DNA of 64,000 bases from Lepidodermella squamata (taxonomy: Eukaryota; Animalia; Gastrotricha). The stretch is taken from contig JBLDXI010000002.1 of assembly GCA_047495785.1 (NCBI GenBank), forward strand, positions 1,798,001-1,862,000, written 5' to 3'. The translations under genes were made by a program, and so were the position numbers. Below the pieces are notes generated by a model, which had not been told where the DNA came from, did no database searches, and was given only the letters and a program-made list of their open reading frames with translations. Of the stretch, positions 23,502-34,500 are shown one piece after another (positions within the stretch are counted from its first letter, which is position 1; each line of letters starts with the position of its first letter).

Positions 23502-24680
23502 TCAAACGTAAAAAACAACAGGAATCATAGCGGTTAAAAGAACTCCCACGACGAAACTAACGGCATCGACTTTTTCTAAGAGCACTAGTTTCTCTTCTCG
23601 AGACTTCCTCTCCTTTTTCGAGCCCATGAGACCAGGCAAAGACTGACCGCCATCGAGCCATTTCAGGGCAAAGATCGATTGGATAATGTATAGCACGCAA
23701 ATGCTAGACAGGTAACCAACACAGTTCAGGATTCCGCATCGATCTGACGACATCGGTAGAATCGAAGTAACAGATGATTGAATGACCCAGAAGGAGAGGA
23801 GGATGACCAGGAAAAAACTTGGCCGTTCCGGTGAGTGTGGATGCCAAAGGCCTACTAACAAGAGTAACGTAACTGCAACGCAGGGCAGAATGATCGTGAT
23901 GTAGAAGTATTGCTTATTTCTCGAGCAGGTGAAGAAATAAGCTGCTTCCGTGAAATTGGTTGGTGACATTCCAGTTTGCCACACCACTTGGTCCACGATC
24001 CATACATCACCCTTGCGGCTTTGATCACCACTCAGGAAGAGAACACCCCGCGACGACATAGGCGGTGCGAAAAATTGAACTTTGCTCGCACCCTCTGGTG
24101 AAGCGATAACAATAGCGCAGGTTTGAGGTGGGTCGAAGGGGAATAACTGGAGATCCATAGTCTTGCATCGAATATCGTAAGTACCGAAAACCAACCAAGT
24201 AATTAAGCTGTAAGGATTCTCTTCAGTCGGCCAGGAGATGTCTAGCATGAGTTCATTTCTCGATTTCAAACTCCACAGCGTCCTTGCTTCCTCAACAGCA
24301 TCAGCGAAGAAAACAATCGGCGCCCAAATTAATGAAGCAGGGACGAATTGATTACGTAATCCATAAGTTTTATTCTCCCTAGAGTTGTAGATTTCAGTGA
24401 CGAAATCATCGCTCCATGTTAGCTTAACTGCCCCTGTGAATGAGCCAGCTTGAATGGCGTCCTCGATTCCGTGGAACTTTTTCACTTCAAGCGTTACTTC
24501 CACTGGAACTGGGCGGAGGCCGCGGCTTGTCGGTGGAACCCTGCCTTTGTAAGGGTAATTCTTCTCCAGTAATTCCAAGAGCTGACCTTCCTCCTCAGCT
24601 AACGCCTGATCTAGAATACCTGGTAAGAGGCGTTTGGCGGAGACCAATTCGGCGAAAAGAAGTAAGCTACATAGCAACAT
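23502..24680 (-). CDS. Atypical pLGIC subunit 4 (intronless)
   Basis: Signal peptide MLLCSLLLFAELVSA; Cys-loop CKTMDLQLFPFDPPQTC; same four-TM region. Confidence 0.9.
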   Translation of the reverse strand: MLLCSLLLFAELVSAKRLLPGILDQALAEEEGQLLELLEKNYPYKGRVPPTSRGLRPVPVEVTLEVKKFHGIEDAIQAGSFTGAVKLTWSDDFVTEIYNSRENKTYGLRNQFVPASLIWAPIVFFADAVEEARTLWSLKSRNELMLDISWPTEENPYSLITWLVFGTYDIRCKTMDLQLFPFDPPQTCAIVIASPEGASKVQFFAPPMSSRGVLFLSGDQSRKGDVWIVDQVVWQTGMSPTNFTEAAYFFTCSRNKQYFYITIILPCVAVTLLLLVGLWHPHSPERPSFFLVILLSFWVIQSSVTSILPMSSDRCGILNCVGYLSSICVLYIIQSIFALKWLDGGQSLPGLMGSKKERKSREEKLVLLEKVDAVSFVVGVLLTAMIPVVFYV

Positions 24681-25106
24681 TTTGACTCGATGACCGAGGA
24701 CGACATTTTATTAACTCACGATTCGCACTTCGCGTTATTACTTTACATATGTTTTCAGCTGTTCACGTGCGACGTAGAGTCGCAGGTTCGGTAAACACTG
24801 GGGGATTGATTGCGCGTTAGGCAAAGATTGGATGGCACGAAGCGCAAAATGTCCCTAGTTTAATTACTATCGACATTATGAACAAACACGTATCTTTTTA
24901 CAATCAGCGATTGGTAACCTCAAATTGTTGTACCTATATATTTGGCGAGAATATCCCCCGAGCCTGCGTTGACAAATCAAGTTACCAGAAAATTCAGACA
25001 TCTCACAATATTGAAAATTGAATCAGCGGTCTCAAGGATATTCATTTCAATCAACTAATGTTTTAAATTATTAAAAAAGCAGTCGAAAAAGCAATTGAAT
25101 GCTTTT

Positions 25107-28100
25107 CTATGCAGTTTCCATTGGGGTAACAATTGCCTGTCCCGCCTTGCTGTCGATGAAAATCTCATCACCTGATAAGTGCAAATATGAGGATTATCAT
25201 CCAAGATACACGGGTTATTCAATACTTAATACTTACCTGTTTTAACGATTTTGGTGGCTTGCTTACACCCAATAACACATGGCAAACCATATTCTCGGGC
25301 TACGACGGCTCCTAAATGAAATCCATTGGTGGAATATACAACTTTGAACGAAGAAAGTCTACCGTGTGACACAAGTCCGCCCACTTCAGTGATGAGCCCG
25401 GATATAAGTGGGAAAAATGGAGTCCAGCCAACATCTGTGAAAGGAACCACCATGATTTCTCCATTCTAAAGAGAAACTCGTTGTAATAGAAAGAAAGGTC
25501 ATTTGAATCCTAACCTGGATAGTATTAGCCTCCGCTAGGGATGTAACAACTCTTGCTTTCGCAGTAACAGTGCCCTGCCCGACTGGGGTACCTTTAAGAA
25601 CAATTTTCGAGCCGGAGTCCGATGCAGAAGAAGCCTGGAAGCTGCCAATCTAACACACACAGGAATGGCTCTCAACACATGGCAGACCTAAAAAATCATG
25701 GGTCATACTGGTTTCGGATATCCGGGAAATATTTCTTCGAATTCCATTGCCGCGAATTTGGGCATGAGTTTTCTTCTCCGGATGGCCCTGCGTGCAAGAA
25801 TCACGTTAAGAATACAAGCTATTGATAACAAAGAATCTAAACCTTGCGACAATACGCGGTGACCTGCGGCGTACAAGGTGACCAATTTCACGGACAGACA
25901 TGAAGTAAATTAAATCAGTGTCAGGCAGGTAACCCTTTGAATTAAGGAAAGATGGAATAAATTGGACTTTAGAATAACCCGTTTAACAGTCCTTACCTTT
26001 TCAGCAAGAAGTTGAGACAGGTGCACATATGCTGATTTTTGGATGTCAACGACTTTGATCATCAAGTTCTTGGCCCATTCGCGACGGCCAACAGCGTTTC
26101 GAACTCTCGGCAGCAACCATTTCAAAATTTGCCTGAAAGGACGATGAGGAAATGTGTAAGAGGTAAGAACCACTTGAGATCAAGTTACTTCTGAATCGCT
26201 GTCAGCGGCGTTTCGAGTTTATCGATAGCTTCCTCTACAGTCAGCGTTTGCTTGTTTAGATTCATGGCCGTCGTTGCACCAGCTTTAAGGATCGTTTGCA
26301 GGGCATCAACCAACTTCTCCGGCTCTTGTCGCCAAGACCTTTCTCTCAATTCAGTCTAAATTGAAAAGAAGTCGTCGACTCAGCTATGATTATGGCTATA
26401 TAAATTTACGTCTCTGACACATCGGTGACCGTGCTTGTCGAGAAAAGCTGCAAACAATTTACCGGTTTTGCCAGACATTTCGCTATTGGTTATCCACTTC
26501 GCAGCTTCGTGGCGGCTCATCGACAGGAACAACTGACGCCTCTCCTCTGGTTCACTCAGTGAAGCAGCGAGGTCGTGGAGAGTGGTCGGAATGTCGGCCG
26601 AAAACACATCGTTACATGTGGACAGCATCATGGCAACATCAGAGTAATGGGTGGCGGTCCATTCTTTACATCAGGTTATTTAAGCGTGGTGATTATATGC
26701 AAGCAATTCGAACTCACTGTCGCTATCAGACTCCATCACATTCAGCATGATAGAGTTGCCAATAGTCGGCAGGGATGAAACGAAGATATGGGCATCGGCC
26801 GTCACGATTGCCAGCGGTTCGGTTTCTTTGATTTCCGAATACAGCTCCACGGGATCGTTAATAGTTGCCAATGGCTTATAGCCCATAATTATTGGTTCCA
26901 ACTTTTCCATTCTTGCGTAGGGACGTGATCTATGCTAGATGGTTTTGAATATACAAGGGTATAGACAATAATAAGCGTGGAGCGAACAAGTCACGAACAA
27001 TCCACTGCATAATTTCCGACCATTTTCTGTACCAGTAACTGCTTGTATCATTTAGCTCGAATAATTTCTCTGTCGAAACTTCATCCATCGGTTTGCCGAG
27101 CAGGCCAGTATCTGCGGCTTTCTTCGCGTAATCACCGCTCAGAGCGGAAAGCATATGCTAAACGATATTAAATGAAATTAGAACATCATAAGGGAGCGGT
27201 GTAAACCAACCACATAGTTGAGGAAAGGATGTTGAAGTTTCACGCAGACTGCTCGCGGCATCGGATACCTCCTCTTTGGCTTCGCAAACAGTCGTACAGC
27301 TTCAAGCTATTTACAGATAATTTTATAATTGTGAAGTGAATTATTACTGTCTTCTGCTCATACCTCGAGACCTATTGCAGAAGAGCCAGACCAATAAGAG
27401 GCGGTCAGAGGGGATACAGCGCCGGGCAGAACTTCCCTGAAAAAAGTCCCATTCTAATCATTCTAAAAACTTTAAGGCTGTTTGATATACTGGACGTTTG
27501 CTGTTGTCAGCCATTCTTGGTCTCCGGCTATCGGCGCGTCGAATTCTTGCAGCAGCTCCCATTCTTGCTCCATATCGGTTGTTGTAATCGGACGAGCTTG
27601 CAAGATGACGATCTTAGGCACCATCTCATGATTGCGACAAATAGCGAATTCAATGTCTCGAGGTGAACCGAAAATCCGTTCAAGCTTCGTTCCGACGTCA
27701 ACCAATCGCCTGATTTCTTCCTTGGTCAAACAACAGCGCACATCATCGCTATCATTTTCGTGGTGGACAAGGCCTTTCTCGGTAACTTTCAGGGCGCTCT
27801 TCTTCTCGCCAAGATTATCATAGCGAATTTGTAGTTCATCGCCAAGTTTAATGACTGTGATTGTATCTATATCCACCGTGCCGGACACAACCGATTCGCC
27901 TATTCCATAGCTAGCGTTGATAACCACTCTTGAGGTCGACCCAGTATCTGGATGGCGGGTGAATAGCACTCCAGCTACGTCAGCGTGGGCAAGTTTCTGT
28001 ACCAGGACAGCCATGGGCGAGTCTATTTTAGCACACATCTGACGCCGGTATTCGATAGCTCTGAAAGCATAGTGAGATGCCCAGCATTTCCTGATCGATT

Positions 28101-30682
28101 CGATCATTTGATCCTTGCCAGAAACTCCAAGAAAAGTCTCCATTTGACCTGCTCCAGAAGATTCAGCGCTGTCCTCGCCGACAGCCGACGACCTCACAGC
28201 GAGGAGCACTTTGTCATTGTCGCCAAACATTGCGTCGAATTGCGATGATATTGCGTTGTAAACATCATCAACCAATGGTTCCTCGCAAAAGCGTTTTGCC
28301 AACTCGTCACATGCCTCCTGCAAAGACTTCTGAAGCTGCACGGTCACGTTAGAGTCTTCAATCGAATTCGTCGTCAAGGCGACTGTTGCCTTCCGAACTC
28401 TATCGACGCCAAGTTTCAGCTCTGGGCTTTTGGCAACTTGCCGGTTATAAGCTTCGACTGATACCACAAAACCGTTCGGAATTTCGAAATCATCATCTTC
28501 TCGCAAAGAGTTTATCAGGGCCGCTAACGGAGCCGCTTTCCCACCAGTAAACGAGCTGTAGGTTATTATAGGGAATAACATAGTACTCTGAACTCTTCAA
28601 GAACTTCTCACCTGTTAAAGCACGTTTCTGCGTCTAGCCTAACGCAGAGCGATAGATCCTTGTCTCCATGTTGAACATGCTTCCGCTCTGCGTCATCATC
28701 GAGCCAAGGCACAGCTGGTGCTTTCGTACGGCTATCAGCGCTACGCCAGAACTCAATTTGGCCGTAGCCCACACAAGCATCATTCAGCTGGAATTTCGCA
28801 ACGTGACGTTGGAGAACTCCAATTTTATCCGGGGAAATAGCGCTCGAATGCAAAACATCAACTTGCAAGTTGTAGATTTTTCCACCTTATATAAAATAAA
28901 GGTGCCATTTAGTAGTTCTAGAGAAATAATCGCCGACTTATACCTGCGGAAAAACTGACGCTGTAACCTCGCGGCAGAGTTCCTTCGTCTGGGAAGTTGG
29001 CCAGATGCATATCTGACCAGCTTACGGCGTAGGTAAAAGCATTCGGATGGTGCAAGAAGCCTTCAATCGAATGCGATAATGTTTGCCCATGATTTGCTGT
29101 CAGGGAAAGGACAAGGCCGTTTTCAAACCGAACTCTATGACTGATCGAAGTTTGGACTCTATCAAGCTGAGACGGGAAGCCAATCAACCGTTGCCTCGTT
29201 CCGTACAAGTCAAGTTCAATCGTCTCGGTAGTTTCTTCAAGGGCAGCATTGAAATCAGTGATTTCTACCCGACCACGGATTTCGGAAAATTGGTCGAATC
29301 GATCGAAGTATCCAAGTTCTTCGGCCAGTTTTTTGAGAAAGCCGTAAGACCACGGCTCAGCTGATATCGGTTCACTTAAAGCATCTGTGCGAAATAGCTA
29401 AATCATTGTCATGTCGAAATATACACAAGAAAAAAAATGGTCCGAATTCGGGGGATGCATAATTGATCTTTACAAGCAATTCTATCATCCGAATTCATAC
29501 CCCTGGGGCCTGCTAATTCGGGGGGTTAACTATGTAAGGTCCGAATTTAGGGGTTCAAAATTAATTATTCTCATAGGCATAAATTCGGACCTTGGCAATT
29601 AATTAATGCAATTTTTGAAAAAAATCTGTCAATATTCAGCGAATATTTTATAGTTTTAAAATGATATTTATTTTTCAAAATTCAAGTATACCTGGTTGTA
29701 CCAGGCAACAAAGTAACTGATGGCTCCGAGACCCTATAAGGTAACCGGGGACATGGGTCAGAGATTCTCCACCCAGGACTACCCGGCAACCAGTGATACT
29801 ACCAACCAACACTATTACCAAGTTCCGAAAAAACATAACTTTGCAACCCCCTGATTTTAGGGCCCTGAATTCAGATGGAGCACCCCCTGATTTCGGACCA
29901 TATTTTTTCTAGTGTAGGAATTGAACTAACATGGATGGAAATCAATGTTGTAATTCGCCGGGTCCGATAGCGATCGACACCAAAATCTGAGACTGACTTC
30001 CTTAACTTCCGCATCGCTAAGCGATTGCATAGGGCCCGAATAGATGACTCTGTATGTATACATTGGCGAAATGTTGTAGATTCGAAGTCCATCAGCTGCG
30101 ATCAAGTTGCTTGAATCGAAATCGTCTGAAGGTCCTGGGGTCTGGAAATGTAAGCTTGTGAAACGTCGAGATATTGACAACCAGTTAACTTACTTCGTCG
30201 CACACATGCGCATCATGCGTAAAAACACGTCCATCAGCAAGCCTCAAGATCATATATACATCAGCTTTGCATTTACTTTTTCGCGATAATCGTATAGACA
30301 GGGAATTTCCCAATTTGTCGTTACCATAGAATGCGATCTGATAAGATTGCAAATCGTGAAGCAAAGACAATTTATACGGATTATGTCCTGCGCATACCGA
30401 ATTTTCCGTTTCCGTTCGAAGGCTATCTGATGACGTTTCTTGCTCCGGATTCTTTCTGCGCCGATAACGTCTTAGCAAGCTATAGATTGTCAGGGCTACA
30501 ACTGCGATAAGCCGTTTTGTCTGGTAAATTGGACCAACGCTCTGGGAGTACTTTCCCTTTAACTTTGGATAGGCAGTTTTGTAGTCTTTGTAGATGTAAT
30601 AAGCTGCGAAGACGATTGGAACAATCCAGGCTTTCGATACGCCCAGATAGCTCAGAATAAGGAAAACCAGCCACAAAACCAT
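25107..30682 (-). CDS. PEP-synthase / rifampin-phosphotransferase-like dikinase, copy A (multi-exon, N-terminal membrane anchor)
   Basis: ATP-grasp (PPDK_N) motifs [64 protein letters not shown]; middle domain with FLDKHGHRC and AVGRRE; C-terminal swivel TDVGWTPFF...[23 protein letters not shown] with the catalytic His; ATG 30682, TAG 25107. Confidence 0.88.
29424..29914. mobile_element. Non-autonomous TIR element with CAC termini and TA flanks, inserted in an intron of dikinase copy A
   Basis: About 35-bp TIRs CACAAGAAAAAAAATGGTCCGAATTCGGGGGATGC / GCACCCCCTGATTTCGGACCATATTTTTTCTAGTG; the homologous intron of copy B (about 36040-36092) is short and lacks it. Confidence 0.75.
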
Positions 30683-31571
30683 TTCGACAAAGAAAAGAGA
30701 AGTCGCAGAATGATTTATCAATTCATGCAAAACCCACAGTGCGTTATCATCTATGTCAACTTTTGACTGAAATTATCGCGCAGATAGCGGAACAAGATAG
30801 CGGAACAAGGCCATTTTATAGTTTATTACAAATGTTATAAAAGGATACTGAAATTAGTTAGCAGTTGATTATTGCACGGTGTTGCTTTATAAGCCTCTCT
30901 TGGTGTTTATCATTGAGCTACAACTTGGTCCAAAATGATCGAAATTCGTCTTGATTCTTGATTGCTATCGAAATGACCAGGAAGTTTGCCTCATTGGGGT
31001 TCAAACTGACACGGAGAAGCGGAACTCGAAGAAAGGCTTAGAAATCTGGTACGCCTCAGAAGGAAACTTTTCTTCCACGATGGACTGAAAGGTGACTGAA
31101 CTAACCGAGGTTGCGTTGTTTCAACGAAAGAAAGATGCAAACTAATTTCAAATAGGGTTTACACGTTATCATTTGCATCAATCGGTTCAGAATCTCATCA
31201 TAAAAAAGCTTCGACAGCGTATTTTTAGCTTGAATGGTCGCAAATTACAAGGCAAGCTAGGATATTCATACACGGGGAATCGATGTTATGCTGGAATCGT
31301 TCTGCTAACTTCTATACACATTGAATTATTAGATCTATCATGTCATTAGGTGGTATAGATTATAGAAAAAGATTAGCGGTTGGAATAACACTATTTCAAT
31401 TTGATTTCAAGCGATCACTTTGTCTGAGCTGTCCTCATCCGGGCGTTATGGCTCCTGAAATAAATAAATCAACAGCACTATTCACGTATCTCAATCATTT
31501 ACTAGCAAATATTCCATCAGCTTTTGGATTAATCAAAATTACAATAGTCATCTGACTTTGTTGTAGGTAGT

Positions 31572-34500
31572 CTATGGAGTTTCCATTGGTGTAACGAAAG
31601 CCTGTCCCGCTTTGCTGTCGATGAAAATCTCATCACCTATTCATAGAAAAAATTACGATTATCAAAGCTCCACGGGATATTCAATACCTGTTTTCACGAT
31701 TTTGGTGGCATGCTTACACCCGATAACACAAGGTAAGCCGTATTCTCGTGCAACAACAGCTCCTACGAGGGACGAAGGTTGAAATGTGAGATGTTACACA
31801 TAAAATGTTCACCGTGGGACACAAGTCCACCGACTTCGGTGATAAGCCCAGATATGAGTGGGAAAAATGGAGTCCAGCCAACATCTGTGTAGGGAACAAC
31901 CATGATTTCTCCATTCTGTTAAGAGAAAGTCGAATTTTAATAGAAAGGCAAGTCATTTACAATCCAAACCTGGATAGTATTAGCCTCCGCTAGAGACGTA
32001 ACAACTCTTGCTTTCGCAGTAACAGTGCCCTGTCCAACTGGGGTACCTTTAAGAACAATTTTCGAGCTGGACTCCATAGGAGGAGAAGTTGCTGGGGAGC
32101 TGCCAATCTAACAGGCATGATTATTTCCATCGACACGTAACAGAAATATAAACAGGTCTCATACTGGTTTCGGATATCCGGGAAATATTTCCTCAAACTC
32201 CATAGCCGCGAATTTGGGCATCAGCTTTCTTCTCCGGATGGCCCTGTATAAAATTTCGTCAATTAATGGAAGCTACTGTTCACAGCCCATATAAACCTTG
32301 CAATAATACGAGGTGATCTACGGTGTACAAGGTGACCGATTTCGCGCTTTGACATGAAGTAAATTAAATCAGTGTCAGGCAGGTAACCCTTTAAATTAAT
32401 GATAGATGGAATAAATATCATGGGAATTTGGGATTACAATGTCCTTACCTTCTCAGCAAGAAGTCGAGACAGGTGCCCATAAGCTGACTTTTGAATGTCA
32501 GAGACCTTGATCATCAAGTTCTTTGACCATTCGCGACGGCCAACTGCGTTCCTAACTCTCGGCAGCAACCATTGCAAAATTTGCCTAAATTAGTGATGAG
32601 AAACAGTATTCGCCCCAATCGGATATATCTTACTTCTGAATTGCATTCAGCGGCGTTTCGAGTTTATCGATAGCTTCCTCTACAGTCAGTGATTGCTTAC
32701 TCAGATTCATGGCCGTCGTTGCACCAGCTCTTAGTATCGTTTGCAGGGCATCAACCAATTTTTCCGGCTCTTGCCGCCAAGACTTTTCTCTCAATTCGGG
32801 CTAAATTCACAAGAAGTCGTCAATTGTTTGCTACATTGAATGAGTTGGAACATGGCTGCAACGTAAGGGATCTAGTTCGACAGTATACTTCATTGGTTTT
32901 GGTAATCTAATTCTGGTAGCAACTACTTAAAAAAGTATCCTTTATCCCCGGTAATAGCATCGATATATTCTCAGATAAATAGGCAGTGCCCGGGTGATTT
33001 GAAGACAATTTCAACTCAAGCGTCGCAACTCATCCGATATTAAGGTTACTTTATTTGAAATTACCTCTTTGACACATCGATGGCCGTGCTTGTCGAGAAA
33101 AGCCGCAAACAATTCACCGGTTTTTCCTGATTTCTCGCGATCAGTTAGCCATTTAGCTGCGTCGTGGCGGCTCATTGACAAGAACAACTGACGCCTCTCC
33201 TCTGGTTCACTCAGCGAAGCAGCGAGGCCATGGAGAGTGGTCGGAATGTCGGCCGAAAACACATCGGTGCAAGTGGACAGCATCATGGCAACATCAGCGT
33301 AATGGGTCGTGGTCCATTCTTAAGGCACATCAGATAATGCAATTTTGATTTATTCTTTCGGCAAAAAGCTTAGAACTCACTGTCGCTATCAGCCTCCATC
33401 AACTTAAGCATGATAGAATTGCCAATTGTCGGCACTGATGATATGAAGATGTGGGCGTCATCAGTAACGATTGCGAGCGGTTCGGTTTCTTTGATTGCCG
33501 AATAGAGCTCCACGGGGTCGTTGATATTTACCAACGACTTATAGCCCATAATTATGGGTTCTAACTTTTCCATTCTTGCATAAGGACGTGATCTGTGCTG
33601 TTTGGAATATTAAAAATATTAAGGACATGCGCAATGTGAGCAAGTCACTAACAATCCATAGGACGATTGCAGAGAAGGTTCTGTACCAGTAATTGCCAGT
33701 ATCATTTAGTTCGAACAACCTATCGCAGGAAACATCTTCCAGCAGTTTGCCGAGCAAGGCAATATCTGCAGCTTTCTTCTCGACGTCATTGTTCATAACG
33801 GCAAGCAAATGCTAAAATAAGTTAAAGAATTTAAGCACGACAATGTAAGCGAGTGGAGTATAAACCAACCACGTAGCCGATGAAAGAATGCTGAAGCTTC
33901 ACACAAATTGATCGCGGAATCGGATACCTCCTCTTCGGCTTCGCAAACAGTCGCACGCATTCAAGCTTTTTTAAGAAGGCTTTCTTTCGAAGTTATCATT
34001 AGGGTATCTCAGCTCTTACCTCGAAACCTGTCGCTGAAGAGCTAGACCAATGCGAGGCTGTTAGTGGCGTCATGGCACCCGGCATGACTTCCCTGAAAAA
34101 TTTCCAATTCTTATCATTAGAATTTTAAGACATTTTGATATACTGGACGTTAGCTGTTGTCAGCCATTCTTGGTCTCCGGCTATCGGCGCGTCGAATTCT
34201 TGCAGCAGTTCCCACTCTTGCTCCATATCGGTTGTTGTAATCGGACGAGCTTGCAAGATGACAATCTTAGGCACCATCTCATGATTGCGACAAATAGCGA
34301 ATTCAATGTCTCGAGGCGAACCGAAAATCCGTTCAAGCTTCGTTCCGACGTCAACCAATCGCCTGATTTCTTCCTTGGTCAAACAACAGCGTACATCATC
34401 GTTGTCGTTTTCGTGATGAACAAGGCCCTTCTCAGTAACTTTCAGGGAGCTCTTCTTCTCGCCAAGGTTATCATAGCGAATTTGTAGTTCATCGCCAAGT

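Larger units (their letters stand above)
21638..24765. promoter_or_regulatory. Three copies of an E-box element CAGCTG(C/T)TCA upstream of pLGIC genes 2, 3 and 4 (21638-21647, 22972-22981, 24756-24765)
   Basis: The same 10-mer in otherwise unalignable spacers, 76-86 bp from the signal-peptide-proximal ATGs (21560, 22886, 24680). Confidence 0.5.

Noticed and set aside
18938-24680. The pLGIC array as a single operon, or as prokaryotic Cys-less channels
   Set aside because: The spacer between genes 3 and 2 is only 96 bp, but three of the four genes have their own conserved upstream E-box; a Cys pair and an nAChR-like M2 argue for animal origin.
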